DNA of 32,000 nt from positions 720,001 through 752,000 of the forward strand of contig CAWJMG010000003.1 of assembly GCA_963843975.1 (NCBI GenBank), given 5' to 3'. The stretch is from an uncultured Actinomycetes bacterium. Its GTDB lineage: Bacteria > Actinomycetota > Actinomycetes > S36-B12 > CAIYMF01. Of this stretch, positions 22,937 through 31,646 are shown in pieces. The notes under the pieces were generated by a model that worked only from the letters and a program-made list of their open reading frames with translations, did not search any database and was not told where the DNA came from. The translations under genes and the position numbers were made by a program. Position 1 is the first letter of the stretch. Each line of letters starts with the position of its first letter.

Positions 22937-25687
22937 TCAGACGGACGTGAAGGACACGACGCCGCGCTTGACGGCGTCCACGGCTTCGCGGGCGGTGCGG
23001 GCGAGGTGCGTGCCCTCGACCGTGCCGTGCGAGCCGGCGGCGTCCGCGATCTGGCCGAGCAGGTCGGCGAGCTGCTTGCACCACCGGACGAAGTCGCCGG
23101 CCTGGAGGTCGGTGTCGCGCAGCACCGGCTCGAGCCGGTGCCCGCTGGCCCACCGGTACGCCGCCCAGGCGAACCCGAGGTCGGGCTCGCGCAGGAACTG
23201 CAGGTGCTCCTCGGCCTCGAGCTTGCTCAGCTCGCGCCACAGCGAGACCGTCTCGGCGATGACCTCGCGCGCCGGTCCCTGGGGAAGGCGCGGCGGCAGG
23301 GAGTCGTCGGACTGACGGGCCTCGAAGACCAGCACCGATGCGCAGGCGGCCAGCTCGGCGGCTGTGAGGCCGTTCCACAGGCCCTGACGCAGGCACTCGG
23401 CAGCCACGAGGTCCATGTCGTTGTAGAGGCGCTGCAGCATGCGTCCGGCGTCGGTCACCTGCGCGGTGTCGTCGTCAGCGGTGAGGTAGCCGAGCTGCTC
23501 GAGGATCGCGCAGACGCGGTCGAACTGCCGCGCGATCGAGTTGGTGCGGTTCTCCACGCGTCGCTCGAGGCCGCGCGTCTCGCGCAGGAGGCGGTGGTAG
23601 CGCTCGGCCCAGCGGGCGTGCACCTCGCGCTCGTCGCAGCCGTGGCAGGGGTGCTGGCGGATCTGGCGGCGCAGCTCGAGCACCTGCGCGTCCTCGCCCT
23701 GGTCGCCCTTGGGCTTACGGGGCTTGTCGACGCGGATGTCGCCGACGAGGTCCTTGAGCTTGGCCGCGAGGTCGCGTCGCGAGTTCGCCGACCGCGGGTT
23801 GAACAGCTTCGGGATCCGGATCGACTCGAGCGGCTCGACCGGTGCCGGGAAGTCGAGCACCGAGAGCCGCTTCACCTGGCGGTCCAGAGTGAGCACGGTC
23901 GGTCGCGGCTCGTCCTTCTCGGTGAGACCCGGGTCGAGGACGACGGCGACGCCGCTGCGTCTGCCGGCGGGCACCATGATCACGTCGCCCGGCTTGAGTG
24001 CCGCCAGCGAAGCACCAGAGGCGGCGCGACGTCGCACGGCGCCGTCGCGCGTCAGCTCCTTCTCGCGGTCGGTGAGTCGGCGGCGCAGCTCGGCGTACTC
24101 CGCGAAGTCGCCGAGGTGGCACTCCATCGCGTCGTGGTATCCGTCGAGTGCCTCCTCCTGCTTGCGCACCTGCTTGGCGAGCCCGACGACGGCGCGATCG
24201 GCCTGGAACTGCGCGAACGACGTCTCGAGGAGCTCGCGCGCCGCGTGGTGGCCCACGGACCCGACGAGGTTGACCGCCATGTTGTACGACGGCTTGAACG
24301 ACGAGCGGAGCGGGTAGGTGCGGGTCGAGGCGAGACCGGCGAGGGCGCTGGGGTCGAAGCCCTGGTGCCACACGACGACGGCGTTGCCCTCGACGTCGAT
24401 GCCGCGGCGTCCGGCCCGACCGGTGAGCTGGGTGTACTCCCCCGGCGTCACGTCGGCATGCGTCTCGCCGTTCCACTTCACGAGCTTCTCGAGCACCACG
24501 CTCTTCGCCGGCATGTTGATGCCGAGAGCGAGCGTCTCGGTGGCGAACACCATCTTCACGAGACCGCGCTGGAAGAGGTCCTCCACCGTCTCCTTGAAGG
24601 TCGGCAGCATCCCGGCGTGGTGGGCGGCGAAGCCGCGCTCGAGCCCGTCGAGCCACTCGAGGTAGCCGAGGACCATCAGGTCTTCCTGCGGCAGGTCGGC
24701 GCAGCGGTGCTCGACGATGCCGCGGATCTGCAGGCGCTCGTCGTTGCTGGTGAGGCGCAGGCCGGCGGCGAGGCACTGCTCGACCGCGGCCGTGCAGCCG
24801 ACGCGGCTGAAGATGAACGTGATCGCGGGCAGCAGCCGCTCGCGGTTGAGGCGCTCGACCATCTCGAACCGCAGGGGCATCAGCGCGCTGCGGTTGCGCT
24901 TGCCGCCGCGACCGGGACGCCCCGCGGAGCCGTCGCGGGCCATCTTCTGGACGCGCGACTCCTCGCGCGCCAGGCGCACGAGCTCGGGGTTGACCTTGGT
25001 CTGGTCGTCGTCGGTGAACAGGTCGTAGAGCCGGTCGCCCGCCATGACGTGCTGCCACAGCGGCACGGGGCGATGCTCCTCGACGACGATCTCGGTCTCG
25101 CCGCGCACGGTCGAGAGCCATTCGCCGAACTCCTCGGCGTTGCTCACCGTCGCCGACAGCGCCACCACCCCCACGTGCTCGGGCAGGTGGATGATCACCT
25201 CCTCCCACACCGCGCCGCGGAAGCGGTCGGCGAGGTAGTGCACCTCGTCCATGACGACGTACGAGAGGCCGCCGAGCGTGTGCGAGCCGGCGTAGATCAT
25301 GTTGCGGAGGACCTCGGTCGTCATGACGACGACAGGTGCCTCACCGTTGACCGAGTTGTCGCCGGTCAGCAGGCCGACCTTGTCGGCGCCGTACCGAGCG
25401 ACCAGGTCGTGGTACTTCTGGTTCGACAGGGCCTTGATCGGCGCTGTGTAGAAGCACTTGGTGCCCGAGCGCAGTGCCAGATGGACGGCGAACTCGCCGA
25501 CGATCGTCTTGCCCGCACCGGTGGGTGCCGCCACGAGGACCCCCGAGCCGCCCTCGAGGGCGCGACAGGCGTCGAGCTGGAACTGGTCGAGCTCGAAGTC
25601 GTACAGGCCGCGGAACTCGTGCAGCGCCGTCTTCTCGTCCTTGGCCCTCTGCTGGGCGGCCGTGTAGCGCTCGGCGGGCGAGTTCAT
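22937..25687 (-). CDS. helY: Ski2-like DEAD/DEAH-box RNA helicase HelY
   Basis: 916 aa with Walker A AAPTGAGKT, a DEVH box (VVMDEVHYL), and the rRNA-processing arch and DSHCT-like C-terminus. Occupies the same neighbourhood as M. tuberculosis helY (downstream of tatC), with dagK interposed between tatC and helY here. Confidence 0.92.
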   Translation of the reverse strand: MNSPAERYTAAQQRAKDEKTALHEFRGLYDFELDQFQLDACRALEGGSGVLVAAPTGAGKTIVGEFAVHLALRSGTKCFYTAPIKALSNQKYHDLVARYGADKVGLLTGDNSVNGEAPVVVMTTEVLRNMIYAGSHTLGGLSYVVMDEVHYLADRFRGAVWEEVIIHLPEHVGVVALSATVSNAEEFGEWLSTVRGETEIVVEEHRPVPLWQHVMAGDRLYDLFTDDDQTKVNPELVRLAREESRVQKMARDGSAGRPGRGGKRNRSALMPLRFEMVERLNRERLLPAITFIFSRVGCTAAVEQCLAAGLRLTSNDERLQIRGIVEHRCADLPQEDLMVLGYLEWLDGLERGFAAHHAGMLPTFKETVEDLFQRGLVKMVFATETLALGINMPAKSVVLEKLVKWNGETHADVTPGEYTQLTGRAGRRGIDVEGNAVVVWHQGFDPSALAGLASTRTYPLRSSFKPSYNMAVNLVGSVGHHAARELLETSFAQFQADRAVVGLAKQVRKQEEALDGYHDAMECHLGDFAEYAELRRRLTDREKELTRDGAVRRRAASGASLAALKPGDVIMVPAGRRSGVAVVLDPGLTEKDEPRPTVLTLDRQVKRLSVLDFPAPVEPLESIRIPKLFNPRSANSRRDLAAKLKDLVGDIRVDKPRKPKGDQGEDAQVLELRRQIRQHPCHGCDEREVHARWAERYHRLLRETRGLERRVENRTNSIARQFDRVCAILEQLGYLTADDDTAQVTDAGRMLQRLYNDMDLVAAECLRQGLWNGLTAAELAACASVLVFEARQSDDSLPPRLPQGPAREVIAETVSLWRELSKLEAEEHLQFLREPDLGFAWAAYRWASGHRLEPVLRDTDLQAGDFVRWCKQLADLLGQIADAAGSHGTVEGTHLARTAREAVDAVKRGVVSFTSV

Positions 25688-25693
25688 ACGGCA

Positions 25694-25699
25694 AACCTA
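25694..25699 (-). promoter_or_regulatory. -10 hexamer TAGGTT placed for a leaderless helY transcript
   Basis: The minus strand reads gcagcaTAGGTTtgccgtATG, with a 6-nt spacing. No SD is present. Confidence 0.4.
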
Positions 25700-25739
25700 T
25701 GCTGCGGCGGGCCGTATCGCGGCTCGGCGCTCCGCCGTC

Positions 25740-26657
25740 CTAGGGGACGAGAACGTGCACCCCGCCGGGCGTCACGCTCACCTCGACCGGCAGCGGGCCG
25801 ATGCGTTCGCCGTCGGCGTACGCGATCTGCCCAGGCGCCTCGAGGCGGACGGACACACCGGTGTGCTCGTGCACCTCGGGCCGTGACACGTGCGTGCCCT
25901 TGTAGACGCTCGGGAAGACCCGCAGGAACGTGCCCGTGGGCAGCTCGTCGAGGAAGGTCACCGAGAGCAGCCCGTCGTCCAGGACGGCACCGGGGCACAC
26001 CTTCATGCCGCCGCCGTAGCTGGTGCCGTTGCCCACGGCGACGAGCATCCCGGTGCCCTCGTGCCGGTGCTCGGTGGGCAGCCCCTCATCGATCACCATG
26101 ACGTACGGCACCGGCTTGAACGACCGCAGCTCGGCGAGGATCGCGCGCAGGTAGCGCGCCTGGCCGGTCGGCCACGTCATGCGGTTCGCGCGCTCGTTGA
26201 CCATCGAGTCGAACCCGCTGGACAGCACCGCGAGGAACCACCGGGCCACGCCGTCGGCGCTCACCGCGCGTCCGACGTCCAGGCGCCTGCTGGTGCCGGC
26301 CTGGAGGCAGTCGGCGACGAGGTCGGCCGCAGCCTCGGCGTTGGTCGGCACGCCCAGCACGGTGGCCGAGTCGTTGCCGGTGCCGAGCGGCAGGATGCCC
26401 ATCGGCACGTCCGTGCCGGCCACGGCCTGCAGCACGAGGTGCACCGTGCCGTCGCCCCCGCAGGCCACCACGGCGGCGGGCGGCTCGGCCTCGATCGCCT
26501 CGCGGAGGCTCGACAGCGCGTGCTCGGCGTCCACGCCCTGGATGTGCACGACGTCGAACCCTCGCTCGCGCAGCCGCGCCTCGGCGGCGGGTGCGCCGGA
26601 CGACGCCCGCCCCTTGCCCGAGGTCGGGTTGACGAGCATCAGGACGCGAGGAGCCAC
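25740..26657 (-). CDS. dagK: diacylglycerol/lipid kinase (DagK/YegS family)
   Basis: 305 aa: VLMLVNPTSGKG...VVACGGDGTV...LPLGTGND... Confidence 0.85.
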   Translation of the reverse strand: MAPRVLMLVNPTSGKGRASSGAPAAEARLRERGFDVVHIQGVDAEHALSSLREAIEAEPPAAVVACGGDGTVHLVLQAVAGTDVPMGILPLGTGNDSATVLGVPTNAEAAADLVADCLQAGTSRRLDVGRAVSADGVARWFLAVLSSGFDSMVNERANRMTWPTGQARYLRAILAELRSFKPVPYVMVIDEGLPTEHRHEGTGMLVAVGNGTSYGGGMKVCPGAVLDDGLLSVTFLDELPTGTFLRVFPSVYKGTHVSRPEVHEHTGVSVRLEAPGQIAYADGERIGPLPVEVSVTPGGVHVLVP

Positions 26658-26665
26658 GGCGCCGG

Positions 26666-26671
26666 ACTCTA
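26666..26671 (-). promoter_or_regulatory. -10 hexamer TAGAGT upstream of dagK
   Basis: The minus strand reads ggggaTAGAGTccggcgccGTG, with an 8-nt spacing. No SD is present. Confidence 0.3.
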
Positions 26672-26673
26672 TC

Positions 26674-26704
26674 CCCGTGCCCGGCGGATGCGCACAGGCA
26701 CGGG
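26674..26704 (-). terminator. hairpin between tatC and dagK
   Basis: CCCGTGCC-n15-GGCACGGG, an 8-bp stem 14 nt after the tatC stop. Confidence 0.25.
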
Positions 26705-26717
26705 CAAAGCGGGAGCC

Positions 26718-27638
26718 TCAGAGGAGGTCATCGTCGATCGGGCTCGGCCGCAGGTCTGTCGGATCGATCTGCACCGGCTCGAGGGCCGAGGCCTCGTCGT
26801 CCGCCGGTGCCCGCAGCGCTGCACGTCGGTCGCGCCGCGCGCGCCGCTTGTCGTTGATGAGCATGATGCCGACGGCGGAGAACACCAGCCCCAGGAACGG
26901 CGCGGCCACGATGAGCATGTTGATCGGGTCGGGCGAGGGCGTCGCGATGGCGGCGAAGGTCAGGCAGCCGATGATCAGCCACCGCCACGCCTTCAACAGC
27001 CTCATGCCGGTGAGCAGCCCGGCGAAGTTGAGCATCACGAAGATGGCGGGGATCATCGCGCCGATGCCGAAGAAGAGCATGATCTGCAGCGTGAAGCTGA
27101 GGTACGTCGTGACGTTGATGATGTTCGAGACGTTCTCGGGCGTGAAGCCCAGCAGGAGTCCGAGCAGCGGCGGCATCGCGATGTAGGCGATCCAGGCACC
27201 GAACACGAACAGGGGCGTTGCGGCGATGACGAAGCCGTACGCCCAGCGGCGTTCGCTCTTCTTCAGGCCCGGGGCCAGGAAGCGCCACAGCTGGTAGAGC
27301 CAGATGGGCAGCGACAGCACGATGCCGGAGACGAGCACGACCTGCAGCTGCAGGGTGAACGCGTCGCCGACGCCGGTGATCGCCAGCACGATCTGCTTGC
27401 CCTGGTTCTGCGCCTCGGCCACGACCGTGTCGAACGGCGCACGGATGAACGCGAAGATCTCGTCGTAGAAGAACCACGCGACGACGGACCCGACCGCGAT
27501 GCCGAGCACCGCGCGGAACAGCCGCTTCTGGAACTCGCGGAGGTGCTCGAAGAGCGTCATCGCGCCCTCCGGGTTCGCCGGCTTGCGACGTCGCCGTCGG
27601 GTCGCGGCGGAGCCGGGGCTCACCTCACCTGCGACCAC
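26718..27638 (-). CDS. tatC: twin-arginine translocase subunit TatC
   Basis: 306 aa with six TM helices. The N-terminus RRRRRKPANPEGAMTLFEHLREFQKRL parallels mycobacterial TatC. FLAPGL..ER motif present. Confidence 0.9.
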   Translation of the reverse strand: MVAGEVSPGSAATRRRRRKPANPEGAMTLFEHLREFQKRLFRAVLGIAVGSVVAWFFYDEIFAFIRAPFDTVVAEAQNQGKQIVLAITGVGDAFTLQLQVVLVSGIVLSLPIWLYQLWRFLAPGLKKSERRWAYGFVIAATPLFVFGAWIAYIAMPPLLGLLLGFTPENVSNIINVTTYLSFTLQIMLFFGIGAMIPAIFVMLNFAGLLTGMRLLKAWRWLIIGCLTFAAIATPSPDPINMLIVAAPFLGLVFSAVGIMLINDKRRARRDRRAALRAPADDEASALEPVQIDPTDLRPSPIDDDLL

Positions 27639-27663
27639 GACGACCTGCTCCGGACGTCGAGGC

Positions 27664-28017
27664 TCAGGCGCGCGGGGTGCCGTCGGCCGGCGGCGTCACC
27701 GGCTGAGCGAGGACCTGCTCGCCCGTGACCGGGTCGATGAGGTAGCGCGGGGTCACCGGCTGTGCCGGCGCGGGCGGCGCCGCGGGAACAGCGGGGGCGG
27801 CCGGGGCGGCCGGCGCAGGGGTGACGGCGGCGGGGGCGTCGGGGTCGGTGCCGGCACCGGCCTGGAACTCGCCCTTGAGGCCGTCGGTCTCGGCCTTGAA
27901 GATGCGCAGCGAGCGGCCGACGCCGCGCGCGAGGTCGGGCAGGCGCTTGGCACCGAACAGGAGCAGGACGATCAGGATCAGGATCCAGAACGCCGGCTTC
28001 TCGAACAGAGCGGTCAC
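27664..28017 (-). CDS. tatA: twin-arginine translocase subunit TatA/E
   Basis: N-terminal TM helix plus amphipathic helix ([32 protein letters not shown]), followed by a Pro/Ala-rich tail. Confidence 0.85.
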   Translation of the reverse strand: MTALFEKPAFWILILIVLLLFGAKRLPDLARGVGRSLRIFKAETDGLKGEFQAGAGTDPDAPAAVTPAPAAPAAPAVPAAPPAPAQPVTPRYLIDPVTGEQVLAQPVTPPADGTPRA

Positions 28018-28081
28018 GGCACTGCCTCACTCGTCGAAGGTCGCACCCGGCCGATCCGGGCGTGGACACACGATAACCCGA

Positions 28082-28118
28082 GCGCCCGCCACCCACCGAG
28101 CAGGCGGGGTGCGGGCGC
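28082..28118 (-). terminator. GC-rich hairpin after the zinc-ribbon ORF
   Basis: GCGCCCGC...GCGGGCGC outer 8-bp stem plus about 4 inner pairs. On the minus strand it is followed by a moderately T-rich tcgggttatcgtgtgt. Confidence 0.35.
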
Positions 28119-28138
28119 AGGGAGTGTTCTGGGGCCTC

Positions 28139-28480
28139 TCAGGCGGTGCGAGCGGCGAGCTCGGCCATGAGGTCGTCGGTGTGCTCGAGCCACAGGGCCA
28201 GGTCGAGCAGGTCGTCGTACCCGATCGCAGCACCGTCGTGGTGCTCGCGGGCCTCGGCGGGCACCGGCACGCGCACGATCTCGACGCCGGCGGTCGACAG
28301 CAGGCGCACGACCTCGGCGTCCGCGGACTTCTCGACGTCCTCGTGGCACTGCGGGCAGCCGAACGTGTAGGTGCGGCGCGACATGTCGTCCTCGATCGCC
28401 TCGACGACGCGGACGTGGACCTGGCGCGGGGTGAGGTCGACGTCACCGCACATCGGACAGGTCGCCTTGATGGTGGCCAT
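28139..28480 (-). CDS. small zinc-ribbon protein, unknown function
   Basis: 113 aa, MATIKATCPMCGDVDL...FGCPQCHEDVEKS..., with two CxxC pairs and an acidic C-terminal half. Strong GGAGGAGG SD before the ATG at 28480. This is the C-terminal part of the track ORF 28139..29173. Confidence 0.65.
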   Translation of the reverse strand: MATIKATCPMCGDVDLTPRQVHVRVVEAIEDDMSRRTYTFGCPQCHEDVEKSADAEVVRLLSTAGVEIVRVPVPAEAREHHDGAAIGYDDLLDLALWLEHTDDLMAELAARTA

Positions 28481-28601
28481 CGGAGCCTCCTCCCGGTCTC
28501 TCATCCCCTGGTCGGGGGTGACAGATCTGGATTCGGCACGCTGACCGGTGGGGCTTGAGCCCGAACGGGGGAGAAATCTCGCCCTCCGGGCTACGAACCG
28601 G

Positions 28602-29576
28602 TCACGCTCGGTACGCCGCCAGCGCGGCCGCGGCCTCGGCACGCACACGTTCGGCGATCTCGGGGCGGTCCACGACCTCCACCTCGGGCCCGCTGCGCAG
28701 GAGCAGCCGCACCAGCCAGCGCTCGTCCGCGACCGGAAGGACCACCTGCAGACGGCCGTCGGCCAGCTCGGCGACGGAGTCCACGGGGAACTCCTCGGCG
28801 ATCCAGCGGACGCCGTTCCCGAGCACGAGCGTGACCGCACCGCCCTGGGGGCGCAGCACGCCGGCCCCGAGGTCGAGCGGGACGGCATCGGCCGGCACCT
28901 CGGAGGCCTCGCCGAGCACCGCGGCCGCCACGATCCGGTCGAGCCGGAACGTGCGCATGGCCTCGGCGCGGTGGCACCAGCCCTCGAGGTAGACCCGGCC
29001 GTCGAGCGAGACGATCCGCAGGGGGTCGACATCGCGCTCCGTGCGGTCGTCCAGCGCCCCGACGTACGTGATGTGCAGGCGACGTCCGTCGGCGAGGCCG
29101 GTGCGCACGGCGGCGTCGACCTCGGGCGCGACCGTGGCGTCGACCTGCACGACGAGCCCCTCCGCGGCCGCACGTGCCTCGCCCGCGGCGGCCTCGAGCT
29201 TGGCCTGCGCCGACGCGATGGCGTCGCGGTCGTGCGGGCCGGGGACGGCGGCGAGCAGGCGCAGCGCCACGAGCAACGAGGCCGCCTCGTCGGCCGAGAA
29301 GCGCAGCGGCCGGCCGATCGTCTGCGGGTCGAGCACTGTGATGGTGCCGTCCTCGTCCCAGAACTGGATGTCGACGAGCTCCTGGTGCTGGTGGCCCGGG
29401 CGCCCCGTGCAGATGAGGAGGTTGAGGTCCTCGACCAGCTGGGCCTCGGACACCCCGAAGTGGGCGGCGGCCTCGGCCACCGTGACCCCCTCGTGGGCGG
29501 TCAGCCACGGCACCAGCGCGAGCAGCCGCGACAGGCGCCCTGCAGCGGTGTTGTCGGCCTTCTTCACCGCGCTCAT
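28602..29576 (-). CDS. pafC: HTH-WYL transcriptional regulator PafC
   Basis: 324 aa: MSAVKKADNTAAGRLSRLLALVPWLTAHEGVTVAEAAAHFGVSEAQLVEDL..., with WYL and C-terminal extension domains. ATG at 29576 overlaps the pafB stop as ATGA. Confidence 0.85.
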   Translation of the reverse strand: MSAVKKADNTAAGRLSRLLALVPWLTAHEGVTVAEAAAHFGVSEAQLVEDLNLLICTGRPGHQHQELVDIQFWDEDGTITVLDPQTIGRPLRFSADEAASLLVALRLLAAVPGPHDRDAIASAQAKLEAAAGEARAAAEGLVVQVDATVAPEVDAAVRTGLADGRRLHITYVGALDDRTERDVDPLRIVSLDGRVYLEGWCHRAEAMRTFRLDRIVAAAVLGEASEVPADAVPLDLGAGVLRPQGGAVTLVLGNGVRWIAEEFPVDSVAELADGRLQVVLPVADERWLVRLLLRSGPEVEVVDRPEIAERVRAEAAAALAAYRA

Positions 29577-30538
29577 GCGAGCACCTCCCCCGCCGCGATG
29601 CCGAGCCGTCGTACGACGGCGTCGCGCAGGCCTTCGGGGGCGACCACGACGGCGTCGGCTCCGAGGCCCACGAGCTCGCGGGCGAGCACCTCGTCGTCGG
29701 AGTAGGGCACGAGCAGGAGGTCGGTGCCGGTGCCCGGGTCGACCGCCGTGGCGCGACGCCGCAGGCCGTGGGCACGGTCGGCCGCCACGCGGATCTCGGC
29801 CACGAGCGAGCCGGGCGCGGGCGTGGCGGTGGCCACCAGCGCGGCGACGTCGATCCCCGTGGGGATCTCGTACGCACCCGGCTGGCCGACGCCCGTCACC
29901 TCCCCCACGACGCGCGAGAGGCGGAACACGCGCGCTGCAGCGCGGTCGACGTCGTGGCCCACGAGGTACCAGTGGCCGCGACGCGAGGTGACGCCCCACG
30001 GCTGGACGATGCGGGTGGCGGCGCTGCTGTCGTCGGGGCGGCGGTAGCCGAAGGTGACCGCGCGGCGGAGTCGGACGGCCTCGTAAAGCGTGGGGAACGA
30101 CGGCTCCGCGGTCGCGACCCGGGTCTCGATACCGACCGGGCCCTCGACGATCGTGCCGCCGGCTGCCTCGAGCTTGCGCAGGGCGCTCTGGGCAGCCGGG
30201 CCGAGGCTGGCCTGCTCCCACACGCGCGCGGCCAGGCCGACCACGGCGAGCTCGTCGGTCGTGAGCGCGATCTCGGGGAGCGCGTACTCGCTCGCAGCGA
30301 CGCGGTAGCCCTCGATGCCGCCGGATCCGTCGGACCCCTCCACCGTCTCGATCGGGACGCCCATCGAGCGCAGCTCCTCCTTGTCGCGCTCGAACATGCG
30401 CTCGAAGGCCTCGTCTGAGGGGCTGTCGCGGTAGGCCTCGACGGCGTCGCGCAGGAAGCTCTTGGGCACCGGGCGCGAGGACGCCATGAGCGCGAACAGC
30501 AGGTTGAGCAGCCGCTCGGTGCGGTCCTTCTGGCTCAT
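29573..30538 (-). CDS. pafB: HTH-WYL transcriptional regulator PafB
   Basis: 321 aa: MSQKDRTERLLNLLFALMASSRPVPKSFLRDAVEAYRDSPSDEAFERMFERDKEELRSMGVPIE...WYLVGHD..RVFRLSR, collinear with mycobacterial PafB as I recall it. Confidence 0.85.
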   Translation of the reverse strand: MSQKDRTERLLNLLFALMASSRPVPKSFLRDAVEAYRDSPSDEAFERMFERDKEELRSMGVPIETVEGSDGSGGIEGYRVAASEYALPEIALTTDELAVVGLAARVWEQASLGPAAQSALRKLEAAGGTIVEGPVGIETRVATAEPSFPTLYEAVRLRRAVTFGYRRPDDSSAATRIVQPWGVTSRRGHWYLVGHDVDRAAARVFRLSRVVGEVTGVGQPGAYEIPTGIDVAALVATATPAPGSLVAEIRVAADRAHGLRRRATAVDPGTGTDLLLVPYSDDEVLARELVGLGADAVVVAPEGLRDAVVRRLGIAAGEVLA

Positions 30539-30575
30539 CGCTCCCCCACGGGTGTCGTACGGCGAGGACCTCGGT

Positions 30576-30619
30576 CTGGATGCGTGGGAGGCACGTGGAC
30601 GTGCCTCCCACGCATCCAG
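30576..30619. repeat. perfect 20-bp inverted repeat with 4-nt spacer (terminator or operator)
   Basis: CTGGATGCGTGGGAGGCACG-tgga-CGTGCCTCCCACGCATCCAG. It lies 23 nt after the FKBP stop and 37 nt upstream of the pafB ATG. No U-tract on either strand. Confidence 0.85.
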
Positions 30620-30641
30620 TGCGGATCCGGGGCCTGGTGCG

Positions 30642-31001
30642 TCAGCTGACGCCGAGCAGGTCGATCACGAACACGAGCGTCTTGCCCGACAGGCGGTGGC
30701 CGCCGCCCGCGGGGCCGTAGGCCAGGTGCGGCGGGCAGACGAGCTGGCGGCGTCCGCCGACCTTCATACCCGGGATGCCCTCCTGCCAGCCCGCGATGAG
30801 GCGGTTCAGCGGGAAGTTGACGGACTGGCCGCGGCCCCAGCTGGAGTCGAACTCCTCGAGGGTGTCGAACTCGACGCCGAGGTAGTGCACGTCGACGGTC
30901 GCACCGGGCGTGGCCTCGGCGCCGTCACCCACGACGATGTCGGTGATGACGAGCTCGGTCGGGGCCTCGTCGCCCACGAACTCGATCTCGGGCTTGTCCA
31001 T
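30642..31001 (-). CDS. FKBP-type peptidyl-prolyl cis-trans isomerase (cytoplasmic)
   Basis: 119 aa: VHYLGVEFDTLEEFDSSWGRGQSVNFPLNRLIAGWQEGIPGMKVGGRRQLVCPPHLAYG. GAGGAG SD present. Confidence 0.9.
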   Translation of the reverse strand: MDKPEIEFVGDEAPTELVITDIVVGDGAEATPGATVDVHYLGVEFDTLEEFDSSWGRGQSVNFPLNRLIAGWQEGIPGMKVGGRRQLVCPPHLAYGPAGGGHRLSGKTLVFVIDLLGVS

Positions 31002-31056
31002 GGTCGGTCTCCTCGTGGGTTCGGCCGTGCTGATGGGGTTGTGCCGGGAGGTCAGA

Positions 31057-31638
31057 TCACTTGGCGGGAGCGGTCTCGCCCGGGTTGATGTAGTTGACCA
31101 TGTCGACCACGAAGACCAGCACCTCGTTCGGCTGGATGTCGGCGCTCGGCGGGTTGGCGCCGTACGCGAGATCGCCGGGGATGATCAGGAGGCGGCGTCC
31201 ACCCAGCTTCATGCCCGGGATGCCCTGCGTCCAGCCGGCGATGACCTGGTCGAGGCCGAACTCCGACGGCTGGCCACGGTCGAACGAGGAGTCGAACTGC
31301 TTCTTCGTCGATGCACCTACGCCGGCGTAGTCGGCGAGCACGGTGGCCCCTGCGAGGACCGGGTCACCGGTGCCCTCGACGAGGTCGACGACCTGCAGCT
31401 GGGTGACGTCCTTGGTCTGGTCGCCGATCGTGATGACCGGCTTCTCGCCGAAGCCGCCCTCGACCTTCACGCCGCTGGCGTCGTTGCCGATGCCTTCCTG
31501 GGCCGGCGCCGAGGAGGTGGCAGCGGGAGCGGACGAGCCGGCTCCGGACTGGGTCTCCGTCGAGCTGCCGCAGGCCGACAGGACGAGCGACACGGACAGG
31601 GCGAGGGTCGCGGGGGCGACGAGGCGGGAGCGCTTCAT
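31057..31638 (-). CDS. FKBP-type peptidyl-prolyl isomerase lipoprotein
   Basis: 193 aa with lipobox LVLSACG, followed by an FKBP domain (FDSSFDRGQPSEFGLDQVIAGWTQGIPGMKLGGRRLLIIPGDLAYG). Confidence 0.85.
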   Translation of the reverse strand: MKRSRLVAPATLALSVSLVLSACGSSTETQSGAGSSAPAATSSAPAQEGIGNDASGVKVEGGFGEKPVITIGDQTKDVTQLQVVDLVEGTGDPVLAGATVLADYAGVGASTKKQFDSSFDRGQPSEFGLDQVIAGWTQGIPGMKLGGRRLLIIPGDLAYGANPPSADIQPNEVLVFVVDMVNYINPGETAPAK

Positions 31639-31646
31639 GATCCCCG

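Noticed and set aside
23006-26101. 1031-aa plus-strand ORF
   Set aside because: It lies antisense to helY and dagK. Its composition is low-complexity (R/A/G/V/E/H) with no motifs. The opposite strand encodes a complete helicase with Walker A and DEVH boxes.
28602-30611. 669-aa minus-strand ORF spanning pafC and pafB
   Set aside because: The part upstream of 29576 is an out-of-frame read through pafB (Arg/Pro/Gly-rich). pafC begins at the ATG overlapping the pafB stop.
30576-30619. LexA SOS box or PafBC RecA-NDp-type motif in the pafB upstream palindrome (and elsewhere)
   Set aside because: The palindrome does not contain TCGAAC-n4-GTTCGA or a TGTCGGGTG-like element. The TCGAAC occurrences I checked elsewhere in the window (e.g. 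9559 and 23521 inside coding regions, 10651 in the kdd/kamA spacer) lack the partner half-site.
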